From the human T2T-CHM13v2.0 reference genome, Homo sapiens, in the NCBI RefSeq assembly GCF_009914755.1, contig NC_060947.1: a stretch of 64,000 nt of DNA; one strand, 5' to 3'. The notes under the pieces are model-generated. The model had not been told where the DNA came from, ran no database searches, and worked only from the letters and a program-made list of their open reading frames with translations. Positions 23,921 to 44,830 of the stretch are shown piece after piece; position 1 is the stretch's first letter; every line of letters begins with the position of its first letter. The position numbers were made by a program, and so were the translations under genes.

Positions 23921-26900
23921 TACAGTGCTTCTTTAAGGCTAAGAAAGCCTTCACTTCCAACAGCAGTATCTCTTGGAAGGCCAGTTTTGAAGAAACAAAG
24001 TGGCCATTCCCTTTTTTTTCCTTCCTGCTTCTTATGCACTGGAATCATTGGGATCTATAGGACTGATCAACCGCAGCAGTTTTAACAGGTAGGTAGGGAA
24101 GGTCATAAGAGGTCATGTCAATATGAGGGCAAGGACCTCATCTGTCTTGTTTACTTCTGTAATCCCTAGTACAGTGCCTGATCCATATGGGCACACAATG
24201 AATATTTATTAAATGAGTGGAGGAGGAGGACTCTATCCAGACCCAGGTATATCTATTCTCCTTTCCCCTTTCTCTATTTACTTACTGCCCAGGGAAGGCA
24301 CCTGAAGCCCATACCCTAATTTGTAGATAATTCTTTGCTGTGTATCTTTACCCTCATTCCTAACTACTAGATTCAGCTTTTTGCAGTGTGGTGCGTCCCA
24401 TGACCACCGCTCATGAGAATCTCCTGAGGAGTTTGTGAAACTGGTGACTTCAGAATCGCCCTTGCTGAATTAAAATCTCAATGGGAGTTTCCCCAAAGCT
24501 ACCCGCTTTCAGGAAGAGGTCTCAGTAATTGTGTTGCACAGCGAAGTCTGAAAACCCATCCTGATGCTGATTGTGATGGATTCAAGTGATGGATTCAAGG
24601 AGCTAATTTTAAATTGATTATTGTTGTTGAACTTTCTATGCAGGCTTAAAGTGAATCTCCCCATTTGTAGATATCTTTATCACTTTGCATAGTTCATACA
24701 TTCTCTTCCAGGGAGCTTAGATAAGACTGAGGCAAACACTTGTTAATAACTGAAATTTCCTCATTTTTTTCCTTTTTATAGGAGCCTGAGAGAAGAAGGC
24801 TCTGATTTCCTAACCTCTAGCTGCATATTTTATCCATTAGACCTCTGCTTTCTAGTGAAAACTGCATATGCACTGATAGTTTGGGAACACTGCAATTAGA
24901 TCACTTTGCCTTTTATAAAATGATGATGGAGTAGGGATCAGGGGAGGATTGGTTGCTGATCATCTTGGGCCTTTGTGGATGTCTACAGACCTTTATGTTT
25001 GATCTTCTAGTAGTATATGCACGGTTACTAGATTGCAAATACAAAGCCAAAAGGGACCTTAAGGATTATTCAGGGCAGGGTCAACTATTCATTTTACAAA
25101 TGCGGCAACTGACCTCACTAGAAAGGGCCACAGTGACTTATTGGTAAGTTCCAGTCCATTGCTCCCTTCATTGTACCTCCCTTAGTTACATTGTGTATGA
25201 CCTTGTAATTAATATGTTGATGGTCAGGTGGGGCTGGGGAACTTGATTATGAAGCCACTCTGGCATGGTAAGCGTACTCTTTTTACTACGCTGTGTTTAT
25301 TTAGGGGAAGCTGTTGGAATTGTGCATTCAGGGAACACAAGTAACCCCTTGCCACTGCCACTGTGCTCTAGCCACCAGCCAAACTAGGCCACTTGAACAC
25401 TTGAAGTTTCCTGAATTTTCTATAATCTCTGCCTCTGGGCCCTTTTGCCTTGTTGCTCCCTTGGTCTGGAATGCCCCCCGTTGCTTGCCTAACTCCTATT
25501 CAGCCTTCAAAGCTCACCTCAGGCTTTATCTTTTTTTTTTTTTGATACCTTCCTTGTCCTTCTGAGTCAGGATTAAATCCCCACACTTTGGACTTATCAC
25601 TGTAATTGTCAGTTTGCTTCTTTGTCTGCCCCACTAGTCTGTAAACCATTCATTCTTATGCCAAGGGGCTCACTTCCCTAGGGAGGTGTGTAAGAATCTC
25701 CATGATTGCATGTGTAGGTTGAAAAAGCATAATCAATATTACATTGTACATTTATGTTTTAGTGAAAAAATTATCTTTGTCATAAAATTATATTAGGGTA
25801 TGGAAAGCTCAAAACAAAACCTTGGGGGAACAGTTTTATTCTGTGTGACATTAAACATATTTCTGCAAAGAAGGGTAGCAAATAAGTTATCAACATTCTC
25901 ATTTGTAGACAAAATTGCAGTGTCTCAGGCATCTAGGGCAAGCACGCAGGATCTTGGTTTAAGCCTTGACTTTCCTGATAATCTTAAGCAAGTTGATTTC
26001 TTTTCTGGACCTTTTTTTGTTTGATATATGAAATAAGGGAGTTAGTTGTGCTAAAGTCCTCACAGTTCCGGTACTTTCTGATCTCTGATGTAATTCAGTA
26101 GGCAATGGTAGTGATAACCTTTCTATGATACTCTCATTTTAGCAATCTAGTATTTGACTGGTTGAGCTCTGTGAGCCCATTGGAAATAAGGACTGCCAAG
26201 TTGAAACAATTCAGAGCCAGGAAATTCACTAGGTGGGAGTGGCAGAGCTGCTTGTAGAATGGGAATGTGTGTGCACAGCACACTCTTCCCTCTCTTTTAG
26301 TTCCATCTTCTTCAGCAGGTCAAGAATGAAAACAAACAAACAAACAAAAAATTCCAAAGGCTTAGGAGGCACATTACAGCCAAATGTTCCCTTCTTTGGG
26401 CACTGTTCTTTTTCAAAAATAAGTTGAGCAGAAGGATGTTACACAGAGAGAAGAGTTCACAGACTCATTGGACTAAAGGGAGAATTGGAAGGTCACCGAG
26501 TCCACATGCCCCAACTCTTGTGAGAACTGGAATAGAAACCATTTTGGATCCATGAGCTGCTCTTCTCACATTAAAAAGCTTTTAGAAGAGTCCAAAATCT
26601 TCTTCAGGAGCTGCCAGGCAGGTCTTTCTGAAAACAGCCCCAGATTCCTCGGAATGCAGCTGGATGTGCTGCTCTCCTTCTATTGTAGCTTAACTGCAGA
26701 CAAGCTGGCTATCCATCTCAGTGGAATAATCCTCTTGTATTTTTCAAAATTCCCGTTTCCAAACCTTCGCTTCAGACATTGAAAAAAATAATAAAATCTA
26801 ACTCATTTAACTTTTTCTCATTTTTTTCTTCCTTCCTTTTTATAAAAAATAAAATCACAACTTTTCCAGCCTCTTGGTTGGATATAATGCTTTTTGTTTC

Positions 26901-27496
26901 TGTGTTTCCTAATGTACTGCCCCAAACCCTCACATATGGCATGTATTATATAGTATGTCATACATCTACCCTCCTATCCCTAATAGAGACCCCAGCTGCA
27001 ATTTGTTCATTCTTTACGTCTTGAAATCTCAGGCTTTCTTGACACCAGAACCCAATTTTCTGTTTAAGTGTGAATATCTTAAATTAGAAGCTTATGGGAA
27101 AGTTGGGGAAAATGTCAGATCATTAAGGAAATCATGTGCCAAACCACGTGGGAGCCTCTTAAATACAACTTTGGTGGTCATGACCCTGGCCAGAGGGGGA
27201 AGCCTGTGATGTCACCTCTTCCCCCAGTCCCAGTTTCACGGATAGTATCTCTGAATGGAATTGTCTGAGGGAGATTGTTCCTTGTGAAAGGTTCACATGA
27301 TGGAGTTTGAAGAGCTTGTTTTACTCGGAGCCCAGCAGGACAGAGTGGTTTGGAATGCAGCATTCAGTGTGTTCTGTTTGGCTGAAAGCTGTCACAGGGA
27401 ACAAGTACTTAGCAAACAGCATGAACAAGGATTTGAACTAGAAAACGAGAAGGGCCTTGACAACATTGTAATAGTGGCTTGTGTCCTCAAAAACTA

Positions 27497-28069
<573 letters not shown>

Positions 28070-29100
28070 TCAACTGCTTACTCTGTTTTCACATGCCAAA
28101 TACCTGGATTGAATGTTTACCTAATTTGGTAAAATATAAAAAAAAAAAATCAGTTAATTTACTGAATAGACCTGTTGATACCACTTTTGGCTTTTCATGT
28201 TTTAAGTGGAATTAGGCGCAATTTAACAGGGCTATTCTTTCAATATTTACATTGCATTTGCTTAAAAATCAATTCTTCCTATTTCTTAAAGTCTCTTTTT
28301 AATACTCCAATTTCAGATGATATCTGCACATTATGCATAGAACACACATCTTCATGGATGATAAAATTTAACTCCTGCACTTGTGTGCAGTAATCTTAGG
28401 CTCTGTTATGATGCTCTCCATAGGGGCTAGGCCACAGAACCCCTCCTTCTTTAGATGAAATGGTTATGAGAGGGTATTTATTACAACACAGGTCTAGCTT
28501 ATAATTAATTTTTCCCTATAGCAGCTAGTGCTCTAGCAAGGATTCAGTAGTTATGTAAATGGCCAAGACAGCACAGCACAGCGTTCACACATGATACATG
28601 TTAGTCAACTCGGAGTTTTAGGGTTGTGTATGAACATACGCTAGTTACATTAACTTCAGTTTAAAAAGAGATCAAATTCAATTACGCAACTTCTGTCAAA
28701 TTCAATTCAATTCCACAAACACTGTTAAGAATGCAAGGTAATACGCTACCTGGTGCAAAATGTTTCAATTTTATTTTCCCTTTTCAGTTTGTTGCCATAT
28801 AGTGTCAACACAGTTAGAAGGGTAAATATTCAAGTTTCATTGTTCAGAAACTTTGAGAATGTCTGTTCTTATTGACTTGCAACTCTTTCTAAAAATTTTA
28901 CAATTCTCTGCTTGGGAGGCCTTCATTGAGAATTCCTGTTCCTAGCTTGTATACAGATTCAGATATTTTACATACGTAGTTATATTATTGTACCAGTGCT
29001 GTGTCATGACCCTTTGGTTTTTGGCACCTTGTTGACCTCAAAAGGAGATGGTGGATGTACAAATTATTAGGATTTAGGTTGTTTTAGGAGTAGAGTTTTA

Positions 29101-29496
<396 letters not shown>

Positions 29497-29502
29497 TTAG
29501 AG

Positions 29503-29817
29503 CAGTGCTATCTAGTGGAAATATAATGAAAGACACATATGTAATTCTAAATTTTCCAGTAGCTACATTAAAAAAATGAGTGAATTAATTTTAATAAAAT
29601 ATTTTATTTAACTCAGTATACCCAAAATAGTATCATTTCAACATACAATCAATATAAAATTATTACTGAGATATTTAATGCTCTTTTACAAATCTTGTCC
29701 TAAGTCTTGAAATCCAGTATGTGTTTTACATTTACAGTATATCTCAATTCAGTCTGGGCACAATTCATGTGCTCAATAGGCACATGTTTCTAGTGGCTTC
29801 TATGTTGGATAGCACTG
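29503..29817. mobile_element. MER33/MER3-like hAT MITE
   Basis: Terminal inverted repeats cagtgctatcta ... tggatagcactg, about 315 bp, AT-rich interior. Confidence 0.8.
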
Positions 29818-32800
29818 TCCTAGGTGGACCTAGCCTCTAACTGGGAGGGAGGATTGTGTTAACTCAAGTGCGCTGACCTCCCTTGAGGGATTTATCAACA
29901 CTGCCATACTCAGCTCTGTCCAGATTGGGAATCCCTGTTGTCCAATCTGAGATCATTGATCACTTTACTTCAAGGACAGTGATTATGTTATGCTAAGTAC
30001 CAATTTTTCCACTTTTTCAAAAATAGGTTAGCTGTTACTCCATAGAATTATTCCCTCAATTAGAGGATTTGTCAAAGATGGTAGCTTCATACGGTTTGAA
30101 GTAGACAGTTTTAGGGAATAGAAAAAGGAAATATCTCCCCTAACAGTAAATAAATGGTTCTCATTACCTTTAACAGTCATCAGTGTTTATTGGACAACTA
30201 ATGTGTGTAAGGCAATGTGATAGATGCTGTGAAGGGTATATAATGATGACCCAGACATGCTTTCTGCCCTTAAGGAGCCTATATTCTCGTGAGAGAGTCA
30301 AACTACAGACATATATGTGCATACACACAAACACACAAATTCTATGATAAACTAAATATAAATGATTGCCATACTAGAGGTTCACCATGTGTATTAGGGC
30401 ATAGACAAGGGAGAGATACCTTCCAATTGATAGGATTCAGGGCCAGGTCATGGAAGAGGTAACTGGACTGAGCCTTAAAGGGTCAGTATTTTCAAATCAA
30501 TTAAAAGGGTTACCTGCAATATATCATACAGAATCAAATTTGAAATTGATCCTAAAACAGTTTAAGCTCACCGATCACCTGGGGACTTGTTGCGTATGTT
30601 TTTCCACACTGAGTTAGCCTGGAATGAAACTGTTTTCTGCTCCCACAGCAAGACCCTTGGTACCATTCTGAGAGACTCCATACAGGCTAACTTACTTCCA
30701 ATCTAATGTGAGTTTTCTAATGTTACCTGACTACACTCTTTTTCTATTTAAGACAGGGCTCAACCATAGGCCATTTGATTAAAATTATATTCTTTGATAT
30801 GGGGTTTTCCTGTTATGGAGCTGCTGATTATCATTTCCATTGTCAGCTTTGGAGGGGGGAGTCAGAGACATATTATTAATTATCAACTTTATTTGCCTAG
30901 CATTTTACAGTTTACCAAGTGCTTTTACACAGATGATTACATTTGGTTCTTATAGTTTCTTTATCTGACAATATTATAGGCAAAGAAACTGAGGCCCAGA
31001 AAGATCTGCTGACTTGCTTAGGGTCCTTTGGCTAGTCAGTGGTAGAACTGGGTTAACCCAGGGCTTCTGACTTCCTCGCCAGTGTCCTCATCTTGCCTCT
31101 GTCCTGCTTTTCTGCTCCCCCCAAGTCCTGTCCTTCAAGCGCTGGAAAACAAGGATAAGCACGCTAGCTCTCTGATAAGAAGTTTAATAAACAAAAATCC
31201 AACCACTCTCGATAGATGAATTAGAGAGGGATTATTTACATTGCAAAATAATTCCCCCATTTGTTCAAAAAGTGACCTCCCTTGTGAGGTTAGCATATAA
31301 TTTTATTTATAAAAATTAAAAAGAAAGCTTTACACTCAGCAGCTAAAGAGGACATTTATTAGGTGACGTAAAATATTATAGTTCCACAAGGCAGGTCATT
31401 ATTTGAGGTTGGCAAGAGTAATTTCTTCATATTAGTCAGTTTTCTATTTTCCCAAATGTGTTTTAACCTGAAACCTCTGAAATCAGTGCAGAATTTCAAA
31501 TTGAGTAGTTTTTTTTTCCTGGTAAAATACTCTTTTTCATACTCAATGAGTTTCACAGGATGGACTGCATTTTATTTTCTGAACTTAAAAGTAAAAAACA
31601 TTACTCTGTCCTGAGAAATTTTCCTTCTAGTTCCTTGTTTTGGTGAAATTTTTTTCTAGCTGTTCTCTTTTCAATGGTGTTCTGAAGGATCATCGGCCTT
31701 AGCATCAGCCTTAACAATGGTGCAGAAGAATCAGATCTGACATAGAGTGCAACCAATTAACAGCAAAAAAAAAAAAAAAACCCTCTAAAAACAGCAAAAC
31801 CTACTGGCATGGGTCACAACCTTATATATTCCGTATCTTATTACCATTTAATATACATCCAGATGAGGCAAATAAGCAATTTTAATGGGAGAGAAATGAA
31901 ACTTCAGCTGCATTAAGTGGTGACCTGTAACATAGCAAGAAATGTTTTCATTTTCTTCCAAACTGCGTGTTAATGTATGGTTTTCATTGGGAAATAAAGA
32001 CCAGCAGATAACTAAGAAAATTAGGGGAAGAATGTACTATAAAAATTCTATATGATTGGATTTCTCTAAATGTAGTTTGGTTATCTAAAAAGAACTTTAC
32101 CTTAATTGAATACAGTATTTATAGGGAGTTTCTGTTCTAGCACATAGAGGGTTTGAGTACCATTTTGATCTATTGTTAGCCTTCCCTAGCACGTCCATTT
32201 CTCATATTTAGAGTTTCTGGAATGGTTTTAACTGAAATTATAGCATTTCTCTGCCCATGAAAAAAGCAACATGTTTAACACAGAGGTGCTGTGAATTTAA
32301 GTTAGACTAAGTCCCCATGATGAACCCTAAGATAATATGATTCACTTCCACTTCAAGGCATATATTTATTGCCAAAGGAAATTCACATAAACTAAAACAT
32401 ATGCATAAATTTTTGCAGGGGAGGGAACCCTGAACCAGGAGTCAGGAACTGGGTTCTCAACCATGTTCTGGCCCCAACTAGCTCTGTAATTTGTTTTCTT
32501 AGGACTTTTGTTACCGAATATGTAAAATGAGGATAGAATTGGACTCAGTGATCACTTTCTTTTTATCTCTAAATTCTACCTCTTCTTTGTTTTGCTTCCA
32601 CTCTCCTACTACTTGTGATCCATGCTACTTTATATGTTGGTCATGTGATTAATAATCCTTCAGGTTCACAGTTGGAGTAAAAATGTTACTTTGGGGAAAC
32701 TTGCCATAGTAACTAAATGGCCATTGAGAACACAGAACCGTGAAAGGGCAACATTTCCTATGTAGTTTTACCCCCCAGATGCCCTTGAACTGTACAGCAC

Positions 32801-33599
32801 TTGCATATATTAGTGATGCAAATCTGAGAGAAGAACAAGACCAAGATGTTATGACCAAGACACTCAATTTGCATTGGAATGCCCCATGCAAACAGCACAT
32901 CAGAACTCATGAAGTGGCATTTGGCTTGAACTCTTGGAAGGCATGCCAGTCTGCAAAGAATTCAAACGGCAAATGTTAGGATGAGAGCAGTCCATTGTTC
33001 TTCTCTAAATGCAACTTGATACTGAATCTAAAGAGATTGGGAAAAAATATGAATTTGATCATTTAACTAAAGTCGCTTCCCCTCTATGGGCATAAGTGAC
33101 CTCATCTATAATATGAGGGCAAAAAACTTGGAGATAGACCTTCCAACCCTAATATTCTGTTTCCATTTGGATTTTTTCTTAAAGGAGGAGGTTTAATATT
33201 TGCATGTTGGAGAGATAGAAGAGAGCAACTTCTGAACTGAGGAGTTCTGAGAGAATTAAAGTTTGGAGACAGAATGCACTGCTTTTCCAATTTTGTCTGG
33301 TGTTAGACCTGCTCCTCACTCTCTTCTTCTCCATTAAAAGGGCTAATAAAGGTGATGGATAACCGTATGTCACCATGTGTCAGTGGGATATAAACCAGAA
33401 TAGAGAGGTACAGTACTAGCTTTTGGACTACTGGCTTCCTCACCATTATCCCTTTCTGCCTCTGGTCATCTCACTGCCATCTTGCAAAACTGGTACGGAG
33501 ATCAAATACATCATGTCTCCTAAACACTTGACATTTGGAGGGCAGGATGCTAGTGACATGAGGGCAAAGTGAATGCTGCGAGGACATTACAAGTTTCAC

Positions 33600-33850
33600 T
33601 TATTTAATTTGACAGAAATTTATATAAAACTCACTTTTGTCAGGCACTCTTTTAAAAGTTTTACAAATACTAATTTAGTTTTTATAATATGGATTATAAA
33701 TTCATACCTATTTTTGTCCCCTAATTAACAGATGAGATAACTGAGGCATGGAGAGGTTAACTACATCGCCTAAAGTCAAACAGCTAGTAACAGCAGAGAT
33801 GAAAACCCTGGCAGTCTGGCTCCACAATCCATTCTTTTAACCTCTATCCC
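33600..33850 (-). mobile_element. MIR
   Basis: acagatgagataactgaggcatggagaggttaa...aaagtcaaacagctagtaa. Similar fragments near 13540-13750, 30900-31070 and 34530-34800. Confidence 0.75.
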
Positions 33851-33956
33851 CACGGGATACTGAGTTGCCTCGTGTAATTTTTCATGTGTCTCACTCCAAG
33901 GGTGAAGCAGGTTTTGTGATTAACTAGTAGGCCCCAGAAGTTGGGCAAGCCCCTGA

Positions 33957-34358
<402 letters not shown>

Positions 34359-36339
34359 TGATGGTCAAACTCGTTCCACTCTTCCTACACTGGAATTGCG
34401 TGCTCTCTGATCTCTGTCCTATAGGTTTTCACAAGTTCTCAGACTGTATCTACAGGATAGCAAACATGGCCCTTAAGCCTGTTGGTTTCCTCAACCATCC
34501 AGTAAATTGAAGGAGGAAAGACACTCATGCCAATAATAGCTATTGTTTATTGAACAATTACTGTGTGCTAAGACTTGAGAAAAATGTTTTGCATGTTTGT
34601 CCTATAATTTTCCCATTAAGCCTAAGAGGTATATTCTTTTATTATCTTCATTTTACAAATGAAAAAAACAAGGCTCACATATGTTGAGAAACTAACTCAA
34701 GGTCACACTTTTAAGAACATGATAGAGCTAGGATTTTGACTTAGGCTATGTATACCTGATCCAAAGCTCTTGGATTTAACTACTGTTTTGTACTGCCTCC
34801 AGTATTTTTCTGGGATGCCACCCTCCCAATACCACATGTACAGTCAGTGTATCCTATTTTGTAGCTGCTTGTTCAGGCTATTACTGATATATCCAGTTCT
34901 GCCTTAGTGGATCATAATTTTAATACAAGTATACCATCGTCTTATAGTAACACAAGCTGTTTGGGGGTTTTAAGGGAGCATTTGCTTTGCCCATAATGGA
35001 CACCTTTAGTAATGGATCTTCATAAGTGCCACTTTGTCTTAAAGAAGTTATGGAAAGAGACTGTGAGAGGATTTAACTAGGCTAAAGGGATTAGGGCATG
35101 TCATATATTATACTCCTGTGGGCTTTTTGATTGGGAAGCTTGGGTCTTCTATCGGAATGGACCTAGACAGACAGAAAATAAGAGTGTTTTGAATAAAATA
35201 TAAGCATTGTTATTATGGCAGATGAAAACACCTCTAGGATTTGTGATTATCTAATATTCTCACATTATTGCCAGATTTTTTTTTCCAGTTTTGATACTAG
35301 ATGATTGCTGCTCTTGAATGAATGCAGTTTGGTTTGAAAGCAACTGAGATGATATTAGAACTATGGATGATGCCAAAATATCCATACAAGAAGGCTGAAT
35401 TAACTAAACCAGACCTTAAAACTCATTTGACTTTATTAATCTTTGTAACTCAAGTGCCACCACCAATCAGAAAGGATCTTCTGTGCCTCTGAGTCTGACT
35501 CTAATTGCCAGTTAATAAAAAATGCCAGGGTATCCTTAATCAGCCAATTAACTGACCTAACAATTATAATAGGGAAGGAAGGTGGGAGGGGTTGAGACTA
35601 GGAATAACAAATCCCTCAAGGTGGAGTAGAATTCTTTAGGGGTTAATGGTGGACACCCTTTAAAGTAAAAGGATTTTGTTCTACCTTGACTGGTTTCCCG
35701 TTTTTTTTTTTCCTTTATCCCTTTCCTGACATTTGTAATTGTTGGAACCCCTAATTGGCTGATTAGCTAATTGAGGGGAGGGAGGGAGAAGAAGAAGAGG
35801 GAGAGAGAGAGAAAGAGGCTTATGTGTAGAGTGTGGATTTAAAAAAAAATGGTTCTTCACTCGGAAACAATATTTATCTAAAAGTAGTTGTCTATAGTTA
35901 AGGATTTATTATTTGAAATTTACAGCATCACTTTTTCCTTTTTGTTGAAACAGTTACCTCCTAATTTATGAATCCCACAACAGCAACATGCAAATTGAGG
36001 TTGAAATATAATGTGAAAGGTCTGACATTAAGGAAGCCAGTTTTTTTTTTTTTACCCGAACAGACCTTCATAAAATTTTAAATAATAGTGAAACAGAAGC
36101 TGTCTTTATTAAAAGAGTATATTATTGGGAGAGTATTATGTTTTTATTTGTCTGATAAAAATTAATATGTTAAGAGTACTGAAAAAAGTGTACATGTAGG
36201 TGAAGTTCTCTCAATTATCATTTACCAGTTTATAAGTATTCTCAGAAGTTGATGATTAAAAAAATATAGAATTAAAAAAACTATTTTTGCTCCAAGGAAC
36301 TCTCAGTTGCTGGGGTTTTCCTTTCCAGATGCAAGCATA

Positions 36340-36671
<332 letters not shown>

Positions 36672-37179
36672 TAAGCACATGGTTTTTAAAAAATACATTT
36701 GGAAACAGAAAATTATGGAAAACTGCCAGAGGGGCTCAAGATTGATTTGCTATACCAACTCCAGCCTCAATCCCAGAGTTATAGACTTTCTATACAATTT
36801 ATGAATTATATGCAATACTTCTGTATTTTATCACCGATCATCTAGAATTTTTGTCACCAAGCTATGGAATTACAGCATTTTAGCGTTGGAACTAATCTTA
36901 GAGATCACCTGCTTCTACCTTCTCATTGAACAGAAAGAAATCAGAGGCCCAGATAGGGGAAGGGACTTGTTTAAGGTCATATGGAAAATTTCCTGGCTAG
37001 GCCTGGAGCAGGTCTTCAGATTCCCAGTCCTGTGTTCTTTTCTTTCTTCCAGACTTCTTCTTATATGATACCAAAGGCCAGAGGGCACATATCAGCCACT
37101 ATATTCTGTTAGAGATCATGTTAATGTAAAATTTGCTGCACTCCAAGTCTGGTTATGTTCATTTTAAAACCATTCCTCA

Positions 37180-37501
<322 letters not shown>

Positions 37502-40500
37502 TCAATGGCCAGCTCAGAAGGCATATGTCTTAGTTTTATTCTTATGAGTCCCATCTTTCTTTCACTAATGTATTATTAATGTGTCTTCTTTCTGTTCTGC
37601 AAAGTTCTCAGGGGAATAGCTGTGTCCTGAATTTGGAAATGGAAATGACTGTAGGATCTATTCCTTTTAATCTCATGGCTAGGAAATGCTGCCGTTTCAA
37701 CTCTCCAAGATTCTGCTTAAAGGGATTATTTAAAATAGATTTTTTCTAGTGCTATTATAAACTCCACTTGGCTCTACAAAGTACATGTACCTTGATTTTT
37801 ATTTGCCTTTTTTGGGAGCAGTGGGGTGTTTGTTTTCTCTGTTTTTTGTTTTGTTTTGTTTTCAATCTGCAGGCTTTAAAATTTATTTGTATAGAGACTC
37901 CCTTATTTTTCTTACTAGGAGCTAGTTTCCCTTGAGCTTGGAGGGTTCATCACAAATTGCTTGTAAATCAAGATCTGATTAGGAAGTAATATATTCATCT
38001 GTAACTCCTGCATAAAAGTTATTCAAGTATTGTGACAAAATAAGTGTTGTTTACTTTATACATTTTCTGCAAATTCTAAAGATTTTGTCTAACTTAAAGA
38101 CTCTCATGGAATCTCGGGGATTGTGGCTTGCCCACTGAGAGTATAGAGGCTTGCTAAATTAAGTTGATTTGCCTGTGAAAGAAATGCTTCCATTATTCAT
38201 GTCAGAAGCCTGTCACATCAAATTGAGGGAGTGGAGAAAACCCTTTTTTATCAACATTTAGAACCAAGAAAAACCAACCATTGAGGGTCTGAATTTCAAT
38301 TGGGGAAAAAGTCAGGCTGAAAGCAGGGTTCAAAAAAAAGAAGGGGGGGGGCTGGGTATTTGTCTAATGTTGAAAATCAGTAGAGGAGATTGATTTAACT
38401 TTGGCTGAAACTTTTTATATAGACAGACAGAATGAAACTTCTTAAAGCAGCAAGTAGTACATACAATCTTGGTGTCTTTCATGTGTAAACTTGTCAAAAG
38501 TGGTTAAGCTAATTCAAATTTAAATCTCCTTGAATTCCTATTCTTGGACTCTTAATTTGTTTATTTTAAAGGATTTAGGAATGAATTTCTTGGGGGTTAC
38601 TTTTCAAACACTGATGAATGTATTTTGTTTTTCAAAAGTTCAAGATTATAGGCTCTGGTGTGTGATTAGTAGTTGTATTAATAAGAGAAGGAAGACAGGC
38701 CAGTCAAGCCTCAGCCCCCTTGTTTGTATCAGGTATGTGGGCATTTGTCTCTGTGTGGATGTATTGTATACATGTATGCACACACGCACACATACAGAAC
38801 TTCAAATAAAAAGCAAGCCATTAAGAGAATAACACAACTTTCAACAATAAAGGGAGAACCATTCCCCAAGAAAAAATATCCTCCTGCAATATTAGTTAAT
38901 TTTAAGAGGATTCTCTTGTATTTGCCAGAATAGATTTTGTTAAATTTTAACTATCTGAAAAAACAATTATAATATAGAAGAATTTATTTGGTTATTATTT
39001 ATGTAAGAAATCTGATGTTCTTTTTTTTTGCAATATTTGATTTCTATCAGCATATGCATTTCAAATGATTGTGTGCCTAGTGAAATCAATCACAAAACTA
39101 AGTTTCTTATTTTTGCAGATTTAATCCTTCCCAACCTTCATTTACCTTGAATATGCTTCTACCATTATTATACAAGTGAGTGTCTTTGATCTGATTTTTT
39201 TTAACAAACATTTTTTGGCCTATTAAAAGTCATTTTAATATCATTTTCTGTATTTCTTAGATATATTTTTTAGAGGTTTTAACCTAAGTTTTGTACCAAG
39301 AAAACTGTTCCAAAAAAATTTAAAAAAAGAGATAATTTAAACTGAAAAGATTCCTGCTTTCTCCAACCTTTTAAAAAAAAATGAGATCTGAAAACCCGTT
39401 AAAGAAAAGAACGGAATCTCCCCTCCCCACTGCCGTTTTTTTTTGTTTTTGTTTTTTTTTGTGGTGAGAGGTTCTGTAGCACTTTAACCCCAAATTGAAT
39501 ATTATGCTTAATTGATATTTGTGTGTATTGGAAATAAGAGTTGGTTGGTGGTGTTCTCCGTACAAAAGTAATTACTTCTCCGATTGACTGCAAATATGTG
39601 CAGGTTGTAGATGGGGGACAATGAATGAAATAGGCGATTGTAGTATGGAGGGCTGCAGAAGACAAGGATTAGTGGTGAGCAGAATTGTATTTTGGTGTTC
39701 TTTCAGCAACATTACAATCTCCCTGAAAGTGAATGCTGCTAACAAGGAACCTACAGGGCAGGGGGCTGGGGGTGGTGATTGGCGTGGGTGATTGTGGACT
39801 GGTATAAAACAGAGAATTGAATATCTAATTTATATATATTTACAAAAGTACAAAACAAACAAGCAAAATAACAAAAAACAACTTTTCTAATTTGACCTGT
39901 GCTATTTTTAGGTCACAAAACCACCAGAGGTCATTTCTATTGTGCATTACCCCAGTTTCTATTTGCTGGCTGTTTGTTTCCAACTATCAGAATATAGACT
40001 ATTATCTGGTGAAGCAATCCAAATAGGTGTGCAACAGGAACTGAGGATAGCAATAGTGGACTCTTCAAGGTTTTCATTTTTTTCCCCATGAGGTGTTATC
40101 ATTTCTAGGCATTTTCCAAGTGCTGGTAATGTTATTGTCTATGGAATGAAATTTGAATTAGATAGAAGTATAAAGTGATAGGTCTGTAGAGCTGAGAGAA
40201 TTTAGAAATTGGGTAAAGTTAACCAGTCTTACAGATAAGTACACTGGCAGTGCAGAGAAGAGAGGAACACCAGAACATAGGAACTGTCAGCATCAGAACC
40301 TAGTTTTTCTGATTCTGAAGCCAGTGAACTTCCCAGCGATTTACACAGGACTAACTGGCATGGTTTTCCTTCACTTTCTGTGAAACAATATGGAAATGGA
40401 CCATATTAAATAAAAAGAAGAGGCCTTTGCAACTCCACACCCAGAGATAGCCATTCACAGTCCCTGTATACAAATATAAACCCTAGTATTTTTACTTTGT

Positions 40501-40789
40501 ATTATTCATATTTTCTTCCTTGTTTAATATACATAAATGTCTTATACATAATATTTATATATATAATATATACCTACATTTAATATCCATTTAGCCAGAA
40601 TATATTAGTGTGTAGTTTTTTTTTTTTTTACCTTGTCATTAGGTATCTGGAGAATTTTGCTGCATTTCCTTAATTGGTTTTGGAAATATTTAAAAATATG
40701 TTACAGACATAATGATATTTCACTGTATATAATTTGTATATGCATCACTAACAAAAGGGATTTTTTTCTATGTAACCACAGTACCATTA

Positions 40790-44830
<4,041 letters not shown>

